From a virus, in the IMG/VR virus record IMGVR_UViG_3300022689_000116, positions 1 through 64,000 of that record: DNA of 64,000 nucleotides. One strand, written 5' to 3'. The notes below the pieces were generated by a model, which saw only the letters and a program-made list of their open reading frames with translations, did no database searches and was not told the origin of the DNA. Positions 41,924-52,289 of the stretch are shown in pieces. A program made the position numbers and the translations under genes. Positions within the stretch are counted from its first letter, which is position 1. Each line of letters opens with the position of its first letter.

Positions 41924-42664
41924 TTAACCTTTCATAAAAGCAGGTACATCGCCAGAAGCTGCATTATTATTATTTTCATTCAAGTCTTTAGCAGATTTAT
42001 AAGGAGTTGCTACAATACCCTCGCCTTTGGTAACATTAACTCTAAGACTAGGCTTAACACCTTCCTTATAAAGTTCAACAATACCATCTCCAGGATACTG
42101 AGGAAATCCAAAATCTCCATTATTAACAACTTTACCTTTGAAAGTAAGTAATAATTTAAGCCAAGCTTTTTTACCAACAAGTGCAGGTAATTTCTTACCA
42201 TCACCTTTGAAAACTGTAGCAACACCATTCATAAATTTAGTCCATTCTTCAAGCTGACCTTCAAAATCAGTTTTGGTATCATCCAAAGCCAATAATTCAG
42301 CATATTCATCTTTGAAATCATCTTCACTAAATACATCAATAAGATGTTTAAGTGTTTGAGCAATTTGATTCCACTGCCAATTTTCCCTTTCAGGAATGTT
42401 TGCATCCATAGGATAAGCAGTATAACTATGAATATGACGACAAGGTTCTAAATCTTTATCGTGATCAAACTCTTCAAAAATAAAAGATAATCTAGGAACT
42501 TTTTTACCCCTAAATAATTCCCAAGAACTATCTTGTTTAATTTCGGCTTCACCAATTGTTACATCAGTTAAAACAGCTTTAACAAGACCATTATTAATTT
42601 CTGGATTTGGTACAAATTTCTTTAATGATACACTTCTGGTATCTTTAGTTATTCCTTTTGCCAT
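41924..42664 (-). CDS. conserved replication-module protein, possible ssDNA-binding protein
   Basis: Next to the primase; flexible C-terminal tail ending DVPAFMKG; function is inference. Confidence 0.4.
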   Translation of the reverse strand: MAKGITKDTRSVSLKKFVPNPEINNGLVKAVLTDVTIGEAEIKQDSSWELFRGKKVPRLSFIFEEFDHDKDLEPCRHIHSYTAYPMDANIPERENWQWNQIAQTLKHLIDVFSEDDFKDEYAELLALDDTKTDFEGQLEEWTKFMNGVATVFKGDGKKLPALVGKKAWLKLLLTFKGKVVNNGDFGFPQYPGDGIVELYKEGVKPSLRVNVTKGEGIVATPYKSAKDLNENNNNAASGDVPAFMKG

Positions 42665-42724
42665 AACGTTATGATTTTAATGATTAAAAAATATTAGATA
42701 ATTAAATACGTATTTAATAGTGAT

Positions 42725-42754
42725 AAAAAAAGGAGAAGGCTTTATACCTCCTCC
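42725..42754 (-). terminator. intrinsic terminator
   Basis: On the - strand GGAGGAGG-TATAAAG-CCTTCTCC followed by T7. Confidence 0.7.
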
Positions 42755-42775
42755 ATTAATTATGAGAGGATTTAC

Positions 42776-43387
42776 TTACCTCTTAGCTTCTGACCTGTCA
42801 AGTGAGATTACAAACAAATCAACAGCCTCAGGACTTTCAGTTCCATTAGGTGCTTCAACTTGAACAGGCTCTTTACTTACAGAATAAACTTGAATTTCGT
42901 CATTATTTCCACCAAGTTCAACCCAGTTAACAGCATCGCTACCTTCAAGAATAGAACCAATACCGACATTACCGGAAACAGAAGCAAGTTTAAAACCAGC
43001 AAGTTTATCGGTATATTGAGTCAAAGGATTACCTTCTTCATCAACTTCACCAGCTTCAATTAAAGCTTCTTTTTCAGCTTTAGAAAGCCTTTTAATAACT
43101 TGCTCAACTTTACCATCTTTACCATAAATAAGATTACCTTTAGCAATACCCCAAGTTACAGGAGTATCTTCATCAGTTTCTCCTGCAAGAATAGCTTTAC
43201 TAACAGCGTCAGCATTATTCATAAACATAAGATGATCACCAGGAGCAACACCAAGAAGTCTTGAAGTAGCTTCATTGATCTTAACTTTACCGTTAGTAGT
43301 TGTTAAATACAACTCAGGTTCAGTAGTTTTAGCAGCTTTTTTTCCAGTTGATTGAACACTAAATGCAAATTTTACAAAATTTTCCAT
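42776..43387 (-). CDS. hypothetical protein with AbrB-like swapped-hairpin signature; paralog of 57262-57765
   Basis: GKVKINEATSRLLGVAPGDHLMF; shared N-terminal F[SA]VQSTGKK. Confidence 0.6.
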   Translation of the reverse strand: MENFVKFAFSVQSTGKKAAKTTEPELYLTTTNGKVKINEATSRLLGVAPGDHLMFMNNADAVSKAILAGETDEDTPVTWGIAKGNLIYGKDGKVEQVIKRLSKAEKEALIEAGEVDEEGNPLTQYTDKLAGFKLASVSGNVGIGSILEGSDAVNWVELGGNNDEIQVYSVSKEPVQVEAPNGTESPEAVDLFVISLDRSEAKR

Positions 43388-43451
43388 AATTTAATTAATT
43401 AATTTTAAATGAAACAATAGGTTATTTATTATAGGATTAATTATCCCCAAA

Positions 43452-44417
43452 TTAGACATCTTCATAATTAATAATATCACCTTCAGAATTAATAAGATAA
43501 CTTTTCTTATTTTCATCTAAAAGTTCTTTACTATCATAAAGACCAAAAAGAATATCGGCACCAATTGATCTAGCACCATTAGTAAAAGCTCTATGATCAC
43601 ACATAAGCTTAGGTCGTTTAACCCAATTACTATCTTTATTTAAAGCACCAGATTTATCCAATGGAAGTCCAGCTGTAATAGCTTCATCCCAACTAAAAGA
43701 GCTAACTTCTGTAAGAGTTTTTAATTCATCAGTAAGTTCAATCTTTTTGATACGATAAAATATATAAGTAGTACGCCAATCGACAGGTTTAAAATTATTA
43801 CTTTTATAAACAGGAACTTTCTTAGCATCTTTAGCGGCTTTAACAGATACTTCGTCATAAGTATATTGATACTCTCTAGGAAGTAAGTCATTAAGTTCGG
43901 CTTCAGAACAAATAAGTTGAAAACCAGTACCATCAACATATTTATAAAGAGGAACATAATCTTCTGTTTTTTCCCACCAAATATTATTACCAGCTTTAAG
44001 AAGTTTAGCTTTAAGAATATGAACATCAACTCCGGCTTTACCATTGATAATGTGCATATGATCAGAAGCAGTCATAAAAGGTAAACCAAGTTCTTTAGAT
44101 TTAATATAAAGAACCATAGCTTCTTCAGGAGATTTACCAGTAAGTTGTTTAGATTTAACTAGAACACTAAAAAGTTCTAAAGCTTTCTCTCTATCATTAA
44201 CGATATCAATATCAAGAAAACTATTAAGTCCAAAATTTGCAGAAACATTGTTAGCATTAACTAATTTCATTTCAGCTTTTTTATTCTGAACCTCTTTATT
44301 CTGATGATCAGGAGAATCATTCATTTGTTCTTTATTTTCTTCTTTAATCAATTCTTTATTATCCTTTTGAACAAGATCATTATTTTCCTGTTCCTTATTA
44401 ATTATTTGATTTTTCAT
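43452..44417 (-). CDS. RecT/Bet-like single-strand annealing recombinase
   Basis: ELGLPFM..HIINGK, FSWDEAITAGL and NWVKRPKLM..RA..ARSIGADILFGLY..EL; start codon uncertain. Confidence 0.75.
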   Translation of the reverse strand: MKNQIINKEQENNDLVQKDNKELIKEENKEQMNDSPDHQNKEVQNKKAEMKLVNANNVSANFGLNSFLDIDIVNDREKALELFSVLVKSKQLTGKSPEEAMVLYIKSKELGLPFMTASDHMHIINGKAGVDVHILKAKLLKAGNNIWWEKTEDYVPLYKYVDGTGFQLICSEAELNDLLPREYQYTYDEVSVKAAKDAKKVPVYKSNNFKPVDWRTTYIFYRIKKIELTDELKTLTEVSSFSWDEAITAGLPLDKSGALNKDSNWVKRPKLMCDHRAFTNGARSIGADILFGLYDSKELLDENKKSYLINSEGDIINYEDV

Positions 44418-44420
44418 GTG

Positions 44421-44451
44421 TAAAGTTATATTAATTATTTGACATTTCAAA
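44421..44451 (-). promoter_or_regulatory. putative Bacteroidota sigma70-type promoter
   Basis: TTTG-N19-TAACTTTA on the - strand (consensus TTTG-N19-21-TAnnTTTG). Confidence 0.45.
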
Positions 44452-44490
44452 GTAATTCAATCAATAATTTTAAATTATTTTTATACTCTT

Positions 44491-45777
44491 TTAATAAATC
44501 TTTAATTTATCAATATCATCTTTATCGAACTTCTTAACAAATGTATTATAAGCTTTGTAACGATCATTATAGTTATCATCATCCTTTGTATTAAGTAATG
44601 ATAGATTAATGATATTTACGTTACTGTTAAATATTAGTTTACTTCTTTTATTAAGTTCTAAATAAGATAAACATTTTGGAGATGTATATATTAATCCATC
44701 AATATCTTCAATAGAAGTATCTTTAACAAGACTATTAGTAATACAAATACATCTAATATCGTGATTATTAAAAGCTCTTATATAAGTAGAGTTTACAGTT
44801 TTTGAACCATGACCTTTAGGCTGACCCTTTTTAGCACCAGATTTATAAAGTATAAGATTTCCATCATCATCAGAAAGATAAACGTTCTTATGATCATTGT
44901 GGATAGCGTTACAAATATCACCTTTCTTATTTAAAAAGTTAGAAATATCATCAGCCATCTTACTATTCTTACAAACAATAACAAATCTTCTAGTTTTAAG
45001 ATAAGAAACAATACTATTAACGGTTAGAATTTTAACAAAATGTTCATCAAGGTAATGATTACGCATAGCAATGAGATCATGATACATCTTAGCTTTCTCA
45101 TAAATAGCATTAGGATTAAAACCCTCTGATAAATCTTTATAATATTGAATACTAACATCTAAATTTTCATTCCAACCTGAAGCTTTAGCAAATTCTCTAC
45201 GAAAATTGTCCGCAGTAATACCACTTTGCATATCACCCCTGTAACATTTAACAATAGTATCAAAATCACCATTAAACATTTCAAAAATATCTTTCATTTT
45301 ATTAGTAATTTCTTCATACTTTGCAAATTCATTATTTGAAAGTTCAATAGATAAATGTATTTCATTATGTTTACTATCTATAGATCGTTTACTTTTAATA
45401 GCATCCGATGTAAGACGTGGAAACTTATCCAAATCATTATCATAGTTAAACTTAGAAACTGTAGCAAACATATATTTGAATACAATCCTCATTAAAACCA
45501 GATTTATAACATTATCTGCAATATCTCCAGCATCAATTATGATTAAAACATCAACTATACGTTTGTCCATAGTAACTTGATCAGCGGAATGTACAGGATA
45601 TGAAAACTTTTTAGAATAATATTCTACCATTTTAGTCTTTGCTACAACTATTATCTTTAAGTTTGCACTTAATAGACCTGAAATAAGCCTAGATAAAATA
45701 GCATCATTATCTTCACGATCTTCATATTTATATACACCTTTTCCACCGACATATTTCCAATTTTTTAATATGTCCAT
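44491..45777 (-). CDS. degenerate SF2 helicase-like protein
   Basis: HelicC-like C-domain (FNNHDIRCICITNSLVKDTSIEDIDGLI); no intact Walker A or DExD. Confidence 0.6.
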   Translation of the reverse strand: MDILKNWKYVGGKGVYKYEDREDNDAILSRLISGLLSANLKIIVVAKTKMVEYYSKKFSYPVHSADQVTMDKRIVDVLIIIDAGDIADNVINLVLMRIVFKYMFATVSKFNYDNDLDKFPRLTSDAIKSKRSIDSKHNEIHLSIELSNNEFAKYEEITNKMKDIFEMFNGDFDTIVKCYRGDMQSGITADNFRREFAKASGWNENLDVSIQYYKDLSEGFNPNAIYEKAKMYHDLIAMRNHYLDEHFVKILTVNSIVSYLKTRRFVIVCKNSKMADDISNFLNKKGDICNAIHNDHKNVYLSDDDGNLILYKSGAKKGQPKGHGSKTVNSTYIRAFNNHDIRCICITNSLVKDTSIEDIDGLIYTSPKCLSYLELNKRSKLIFNSNVNIINLSLLNTKDDDNYNDRYKAYNTFVKKFDKDDIDKLKIY

Positions 45778-45833
45778 AATTATTAATTTTAATATTTAAA
45801 TGATTATTAGTAATAATATTACTCATTGTAAGG

Positions 45834-45898
45834 TTTCCCGGTAGGATTAGAAAGTGATGTACGCTGACTGTCGCATACTTTCTATCTCTACAGGGAAA
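45834..45898. repeat. long imperfect inverted repeat made of two copies of the TACMGGGAAA motif
   Basis: TTTCCCGGTAGGATTAGAAAGTGATG ... CATACTTTCTATCTCTACAGGGAAA. Confidence 0.85.
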
Positions 45899-45904
45899 TT
45901 GATC

Positions 45905-48001
45905 TTAATCAAACAGGGAAGGTTGATTCAATTCATTACGAATACGTTTCTTAGAACCAGCCTTACGCTTAACATTAGTTTCTATTTGATTTATGATTTT
46001 ATTAGCTTCTCTTTGATAATATAGGTAATCAATATTATAATCTTCCATATTGTCTTTATGAAAATATCTATTAAATATTGTAACCTTTTGACCAGCACAC
46101 ATATTAGCACCATTACCATTAAGATTATTCTTTTTAATTTTAATCAATGAACCACCATTAGTACTGATATAAAACCTAACATTACGTTGAGGATATTCTG
46201 TAATAACCTGACCATTTATAACTCTTATATATTTAAGTGCAAATTCTCTACCAATATTATTAGTAGTACAAAAATCATAAATATCAGTATGTTTACGTAG
46301 AGTTTCAGATACAGAAATACCATCTTTAAAATAATTTATAATGGCTCTAGCTACAATAGGTTTATCAAAACCTTTTTGTAAATCTTCATAATAAAGCTTA
46401 TCATGCAAAGCACTTTTTCGTTTAAGATGTTTTTCTTCATTGTATTCACCTTCATGTTCTTTAACAGCAAAATAAGCATTTACATCTCTACGAACATATA
46501 AAGAATAATTATTAAATTCAAGATTTAAACTAACATCTTTTTGCCATTGCTCACAAGTCTTATTATAAATCTCTTGTTTATCATTAGGAACCAAACATAA
46601 TATACCATCTGTATTAGCAGATATAGTTTTAATACCAATCAATGACAATCTTTCTACCAACATCATTAAAGCAAGTTGTCCATTAATAGTAGTTTGAAAA
46701 GTACATTGAAGGTCATAATAAGGACCGAATTCAAAAGCAAATTTACCATATATAATATTAATTGTATATTTAAGAGTTAAAGCTTTTACATAATCTCCTT
46801 CCTGTTTACCAGTAATTCTATCATCTGTTATAAATTCAAACAATGTTAAAAAGTATGGGTGCATATGTTTTGGTTTAACCTTATTAGTAATTATAAGACT
46901 AGGATAATAACTACTAACATCAGCATCAATTATTTTAACATTGTTGGAACTTCTATAGACACCGGGTAAATCAACAGAATGAATCCCTCCAGATTTAATA
47001 TTATATTCTGTACCATCAAACACAAAATTAATACTAAGTTCTTTAGTTGTTTTAACAGTTGTATGATATACTTTATCTCTAAGGTCTTTTAATTCTTTAG
47101 TTTTAAACTGAATTTTATCTGATATACAATCTGAAAGTTTAACATGGTTTCTATAAGTTTTAGAACCATAAAAATCTTTGTGACTTATACCAGTTTTATC
47201 AAGATAAAATTTCTGAAAAATACGATCTCCAATTTTAGCCTGAGAAGCACTATCAACATTAATACCATATTTAGCACCAATCTTAAATCTTAGTTCAATA
47301 TCATCATGTAGATAATAAAACAATTCTCCAACACCCAAAACATCATTACGATTATAGATTTTAAGATCAGGAATATATTCTTTAACTAAATATCTATCCC
47401 AATCATCTATATTAGAAATAAATCTTTCATCATAAAAATGTTTATCAAGGTCGCTTATGGGAGGTAATTCAAAGGTTATAATATCATACCATTTAAGATT
47501 AATAAGAGTCTGCTTTAAAGATTTTCTAACTTTATCCAAAGAAGGTATTTTTTGAACATCTATACTTTTATAGTTAGCATTAAATCTTCTAACATACTTA
47601 AACTTGTCTAAATTCCGAAGTATTTCTTTATCAGTTTCAATGAGTTCTTTACTAAAGTTATATATCTCCATATTAAACTTTTTAATGCTATAATCTTTAG
47701 TATAATTCATAGCAATAAAATTAAGGAGCATATTATCATAGTCATTATTATTAAAACCAGCAAGATAATTACCGGAAAATGTAAAAGATAAAATCTTAGC
47801 AGTATCATCTTTTTCATAACCTTCTACAGAACTTATTTCAAATATTATATAAGGAATACTTTCAATCAATTTAATAGCTTCAAGTCTGCTAATTTTTTCT
47901 ACATCTATTTTTTTACGAATAGCGTGGTAATCTTCATAATCTATAAAGACAGCAGAAAAATAATTTTTAAAAACTTCGCAATCATAAAGATAACATTTCA
48001 T
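45905..48001 (-). CDS. polB: DNA polymerase, family B
   Basis: Exonuclease motifs YDCE, GFNNNDYD and YNRNDV; polymerase motifs DVSSYYPS, KYTINIIYGK and ANTDG. Confidence 0.95.
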   Translation of the reverse strand: MKCYLYDCEVFKNYFSAVFIDYEDYHAIRKKIDVEKISRLEAIKLIESIPYIIFEISSVEGYEKDDTAKILSFTFSGNYLAGFNNNDYDNMLLNFIAMNYTKDYSIKKFNMEIYNFSKELIETDKEILRNLDKFKYVRRFNANYKSIDVQKIPSLDKVRKSLKQTLINLKWYDIITFELPPISDLDKHFYDERFISNIDDWDRYLVKEYIPDLKIYNRNDVLGVGELFYYLHDDIELRFKIGAKYGINVDSASQAKIGDRIFQKFYLDKTGISHKDFYGSKTYRNHVKLSDCISDKIQFKTKELKDLRDKVYHTTVKTTKELSINFVFDGTEYNIKSGGIHSVDLPGVYRSSNNVKIIDADVSSYYPSLIITNKVKPKHMHPYFLTLFEFITDDRITGKQEGDYVKALTLKYTINIIYGKFAFEFGPYYDLQCTFQTTINGQLALMMLVERLSLIGIKTISANTDGILCLVPNDKQEIYNKTCEQWQKDVSLNLEFNNYSLYVRRDVNAYFAVKEHEGEYNEEKHLKRKSALHDKLYYEDLQKGFDKPIVARAIINYFKDGISVSETLRKHTDIYDFCTTNNIGREFALKYIRVINGQVITEYPQRNVRFYISTNGGSLIKIKKNNLNGNGANMCAGQKVTIFNRYFHKDNMEDYNIDYLYYQREANKIINQIETNVKRKAGSKKRIRNELNQPSLFD

Positions 48002-48527
48002 AATCTTTTCTTTTAATATATTTTTTATAAGTTACTTTATTATACATTAAAGAATACAGCTTATAATCTTCTATCTTTATGATCGCCCTTACTAAATCTA
48101 AAGTACATACATCTTTTATCGGAGTATCTTTATCAATATTTAATTCTTTACATACAAGATTTACATAATTTTTAGAATTGTTTTCAAAAGGAGGAGCATA
48201 AACATAGATTAGTTCTCTAACTGTACTTTCAGGTTTCAAATAACTTGATCTTCCAGTTTGTTTATAAGTTATATCTTTAACTAAAGCATAATATCCATCT
48301 TCAAGTGTTTTGAAATATCTAAATCCAGACTTTCCAACAGGTCTTAGATTACCAGGATTATTACGTTTTGAGGCTATAGTTTTAAGATCACTTTTATCAA
48401 CATCGAAATTAATTTCAAATCTTTCTTTATCAATAGTTATAATATAATCTTTATCGTAATTCTCATTACAATGTAATTTAGATATAGTACAACTAGAAAT
48501 CAATAAGATAAACATTAATTTTTTCAT
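47982..48527 (-). CDS. exported or lipoprotein lysozyme-fold-like protein (RNNPGN family)
   Basis: MKKLMFILLISSC lipobox-like N-terminus; RNNPGNLR..F..F.T.EDG..A..YAPPFENN. Confidence 0.6.
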   Translation of the reverse strand: MKKLMFILLISSCTISKLHCNENYDKDYIITIDKERFEINFDVDKSDLKTIASKRNNPGNLRPVGKSGFRYFKTLEDGYYALVKDITYKQTGRSSYLKPESTVRELIYVYAPPFENNSKNYVNLVCKELNIDKDTPIKDVCTLDLVRAIIKIEDYKLYSLMYNKVTYKKYIKRKDYEMLSL

Positions 48528-48541
48528 AATTAGTATTTTGG

Positions 48542-49054
48542 TTAAACATAATTTGCTATTACTTTTTGAATAGCATTAAAATCTATCTTGTTAACCATAT
48601 TGTTTTTAACAAAATAGATAGGATGATGAAAAGGTATTAAAATAAAATTTTTAAAATTATACTTATCATAAAAGCTATAAGTATAAGGAGTAAGATACAA
48701 ATTAGTAACATCAACACCTAAAGTAAAAATAACTTTAATATTAGATGCTATAGATAAGAACTCTTTATTCTGACTAAGACAAAACTTAGCACTTCGATCA
48801 AAATCTGGAAGATTATTGGTTTTACATCTTATAGCATGACCTTTAATATAATCGTTTTTATAGAGGTTTAAATTAGTTTCAATAATCTTAAAAAATTCAA
48901 TATATTCAATAGTGTTAAAAGGACTATTTAATTTATCTTCTCTATATCTAGTTCTATCAGATAAAAAAAGTATTTTATTGTTCTTATTAACAATATTAAA
49001 TTTAGCTTGATTATTGGTTGTAATACATAGATCACATTTAGTGCATTCTTTCAT
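48542..49054 (-). CDS. uracil-DNA glycosylase family 4-like protein (divergent)
   Basis: CTKCDLC N-terminus, IRC..C, IFTLG and FHHP motifs. Confidence 0.7.
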   Translation of the reverse strand: MKECTKCDLCITTNNQAKFNIVNKNNKILFLSDRTRYREDKLNSPFNTIEYIEFFKIIETNLNLYKNDYIKGHAIRCKTNNLPDFDRSAKFCLSQNKEFLSIASNIKVIFTLGVDVTNLYLTPYTYSFYDKYNFKNFILIPFHHPIYFVKNNMVNKIDFNAIQKVIANYV

Positions 49055-49461
49055 ACTAACAAGTTTATGTTGGTTATATCAAAATCTAATTTCATTATTA
49101 AAAATAAAATTGTAGAATGATTATCAATAAGTAAATCTTTAGAATCATTTTTCTTAATACGTAAAAATAAATTTACTTTTTTAAGTTTAATTTTTTGAAC
49201 TTCTTTTATAATATTAGTTTTACTCAAAGTCATTATTTTAACATTTTTATCACTAAATTTATAATAACGATTATCTAAAGTTTTTAAAATTAAACAAAGT
49301 TCATTAGTTTCTGAATTTAAACTTATATCGCCATGATTAATATCACCATAGCTATTGTAATCACCTGCAATAGAATAACAAAAATCATATTCTTCTGCAC
49401 CCATATATCTAAATGAATCTAAATTATTTATAAATTTACAATCTGTTATTTTAGTTATCAT
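49051..49461 (-). CDS. hypothetical protein
   Basis: 136-aa ORF, ATGA overlap. Confidence 0.7.
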   Translation of the reverse strand: MITKITDCKFINNLDSFRYMGAEEYDFCYSIAGDYNSYGDINHGDISLNSETNELCLILKTLDNRYYKFSDKNVKIMTLSKTNIIKEVQKIKLKKVNLFLRIKKNDSKDLLIDNHSTILFLIMKLDFDITNINLLV

Positions 49462-49557
49462 AATTATTAATATTTAGTTTATAATTAGTTCCTCCATCTC
49501 TTTCGAAGACAGTTTCTTTATCATTTTCATAATAATAAACAATGGAGGATTCTCCAC

Positions 49558-49947
49558 TTATCTGAGCTTATTTCTCAAAGTATCAAGATTAGGAGATTGA
49601 CTAGTTTTTACGCCATTTATAAAAATAGCAAACATATTTTTATTTCTAAGTTTAGCAATCTTTCCATTTTTATTAATAAAAACATACTTTTCAACAACAT
49701 CTTTATACATGAGATCAATGAACTCTTTAAGATATATAATATCTTTTGATTTTTCAACTTCTTTTTTACCAGCTAGAATAGCATATTCACCAGAATAACC
49801 TTTACTGATTGTCTTAGCTGTTCTTGTTACAAATCCGGTATTACCAACTTTAGATTTTTCACTAACGTTAGTTTTTAGAATTGGAACAATTTTATAACCT
49901 GCATGATTATAAACAGGTTTACCATACTTTTTATTTTCTACTGCCAT
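49558..49947 (-). CDS. basic hypothetical protein
   Basis: 129-aa Lys-rich ORF. Confidence 0.75.
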   Translation of the reverse strand: MAVENKKYGKPVYNHAGYKIVPILKTNVSEKSKVGNTGFVTRTAKTISKGYSGEYAILAGKKEVEKSKDIIYLKEFIDLMYKDVVEKYVFINKNGKIAKLRNKNMFAIFINGVKTSQSPNLDTLRNKLR

Positions 49948-49951
49948 AATA

Positions 49952-51361
49952 TTATTTATTTAAAATTATACAACTTTTACTAGCTCTACTAATAGCTACA
50001 TATATAAGCTTACTTCTAAGCAAAGGATCATTCATAACTTTTCCACGTTTGTTATAAATAATATCGTTAAGATTAACAAATACATTATTGTAAGTGCTAC
50101 CTTGAGTTTTATGAATAGTCAAACCATATCCATAATCTAAATCTTTAGTCAGAATAGGTTTGCCTTGATCATCAAATATAGTACTTGTAAGAAGATTACT
50201 ATTCTTAAACTTATAAAAAGCTTCCCATCTAGCTCGTTTCATATTTCTTGTAGCATTTTTTGCAGCAAGTACAAGATTATTAGCTATAGATAGAAATCTC
50301 ATTTTATTATCTTCATCTGCAATATTGACAATAAACATATAAGGAGTACTTTCACCACCAAAGACTTTTGTAAGTCTAACTATATATCCTTTAATGCCAC
50401 TTTCATTAATATAATATTGCATATCATTGAGAATATAATCTTCAGAGTTTACAATAATAGGACTATTAAATTCATCAAGAATAGTATTATAAGATGTTAA
50501 AAGATCATCCATAATAAGAAAATTATTATCATGACCTTTAAAGATTTTACTACGTATAAATTTATTCCAATGTAAAACGGTATCGTTCTTATACGCAGCA
50601 AGTTTAAAAGCATCTATGTCTTTCTCATAATCTTTGTGGTTAAAACCACGTTCAATCATAAATTTAAACATCTTATCATTGACACTCATATAACCTTTAC
50701 CATCTTTAACTTTATTAGGATTACGAGTTATCAATTTCATAACATTAAAAGTATTATTAATAACATCATCTCTTGCAACTTCAAGTAAATCAGTTAAAGG
50801 ATTATCTTCTTCTTGACGCATAATCTGTTTAAGAGTTACTTTATCAGTTGTTTTAAATACATTACTAATATTTTCATTTATAGGAGGTAATTGACAACTA
50901 TCTCCAACAAACAGTACTTTAACATTAAATTGATTAGCTTCATTTACAATGTGTTTATGCAAACTAGCATTAATCATAGAGGCTTCATCTATTATGATAA
51001 GTTTATATGCTCCAATAGTAGGTCTGCCAAGTCTAGCAAAACCAATATTATTAACATTAAAATTTTCCATTAGATAATTAGGTCTAAGACCTAGAAGTTT
51101 CTGAATAGTAACACCTTTCTGACCAGTCAAAGTACTTATTACTCTAACAGCTTTGTGTGTAGGTGCAGTTACAGCTATTCCACTACGATAATTACAAGTC
51201 TTGATAAACTCCTTCATAATAGTTGTTTTACCAGTTCCAGCACTACCTTCTAAGGTAAATACATTAGGTTTTAAACTATTACTCCAATTAAGAAGTTTTT
51301 CAAGAGCAAGTAATTGTTCGTTATTATAATTAAATGTACTAACAGGCTTAAAATCACTCAT
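49952..51361 (-). CDS. SF1B helicase (Dda/RecD-like)
   Basis: GSAGTGKTT, APTHKA, IIDEASM, GDSCQLPP, QIMRQ, TIHKTQGST and YVAISRA. Confidence 0.95.
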   Translation of the reverse strand: MSDFKPVSTFNYNNEQLLALEKLLNWSNSLKPNVFTLEGSAGTGKTTIMKEFIKTCNYRSGIAVTAPTHKAVRVISTLTGQKGVTIQKLLGLRPNYLMENFNVNNIGFARLGRPTIGAYKLIIIDEASMINASLHKHIVNEANQFNVKVLFVGDSCQLPPINENISNVFKTTDKVTLKQIMRQEEDNPLTDLLEVARDDVINNTFNVMKLITRNPNKVKDGKGYMSVNDKMFKFMIERGFNHKDYEKDIDAFKLAAYKNDTVLHWNKFIRSKIFKGHDNNFLIMDDLLTSYNTILDEFNSPIIVNSEDYILNDMQYYINESGIKGYIVRLTKVFGGESTPYMFIVNIADEDNKMRFLSIANNLVLAAKNATRNMKRARWEAFYKFKNSNLLTSTIFDDQGKPILTKDLDYGYGLTIHKTQGSTYNNVFVNLNDIIYNKRGKVMNDPLLRSKLIYVAISRASKSCIILNK

Positions 51362-51572
51362 TATCAAACACAATATTTATTCTACAAAGATATTCTGGCT
51401 TTACAAAAAAACCATCTTCTGTAGCCCATAAAGACATATCTTTATAAGTCAAATTTATATGATTACAAAGCATTGGTTCTTCATCTACTACAGATGTTTT
51501 TACAATATACTTTCCATCAGGATAAGTTTTAGTACTATCAAACTTTTTTAATATTATTTTTTTATTTTTCAT
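51354..51572 (-). CDS. hypothetical protein
   Basis: Small packed ORF. Confidence 0.6.
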   Translation of the reverse strand: MKNKKIILKKFDSTKTYPDGKYIVKTSVVDEEPMLCNHINLTYKDMSLWATEDGFFVKPEYLCRINIVFDNE

Positions 51573-51921
51573 TTTCAATAGTTTTTATAAGTTTTTCAAT
51601 ATGGTTAGCTCTATCTCTAAAAGCCTTTTTAAGTTCTTTAGGAGTTGTAGCTTCTTCTATATTAAAATATGTATGTATATTATCACCTTTGGTACAATAA
51701 AAGACATTGTTCTTTTCAGAAATATTTATACTATATAAACATTTTTCACATTTCACATTTATAGGAATACAAAGAGAACAAGTAGCAACATTACCATAAC
51801 CAGTAAGATTATGTGCTACACTAAATGTACCATCTTCAAACGATTTACATTTAATATCAGCAACTTTAAAATTTCTATAAAGTTTAACTAATTTTTTAGC
51901 TTCTTCTAAATTTTCAACCAT
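51562..51921 (-). CDS. Cys-rich (putative metal-binding) protein; paralog of 54484-54901
   Basis: LTGYG...CSLC-x6-CEKC...YC...TY..I..A.TPK.L.KA...RAN.IE. Confidence 0.75.
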   Translation of the reverse strand: MVENLEEAKKLVKLYRNFKVADIKCKSFEDGTFSVAHNLTGYGNVATCSLCIPINVKCEKCLYSINISEKNNVFYCTKGDNIHTYFNIEEATTPKELKKAFRDRANHIEKLIKTIENEK

Positions 51922-51923
51922 GA

Positions 51924-52289
51924 TTAAAAAGGATTATTAATTTTAATAATAAGTTTAGAAATAACAGTTTCAAACATATGTATAGGACTAATAATAGTCT
52001 TATCATCTGCTACAATAATATCACCATTTTTATCAGCGATATTAGAATAAGCACTATTGATATTATTATTTTTATTAATACATGCAAAACCAGCCCCATA
52101 AACACAAGCTATACTAACATTATGACTGTTAAAGAATTCAAGCCAAATAGGTAATTGATAACTAAAATGAGTATCAAAAAAATTATTTATATCTGGCTTA
52201 GGAAAACCATCAAATTCTTTATAGAACTTGATGAAATTTTCCATTACTTTGGGATTAGCTTTTAATAGCTCTTTATTAAGATGTAACAT
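51924..52289 (-). CDS. hypothetical protein
   Basis: 121-aa packed ORF. Confidence 0.7.
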   Translation of the reverse strand: MLHLNKELLKANPKVMENFIKFYKEFDGFPKPDINNFFDTHFSYQLPIWLEFFNSHNVSIACVYGAGFACINKNNNINSAYSNIADKNGDIIVADDKTIISPIHMFETVISKLIIKINNPF

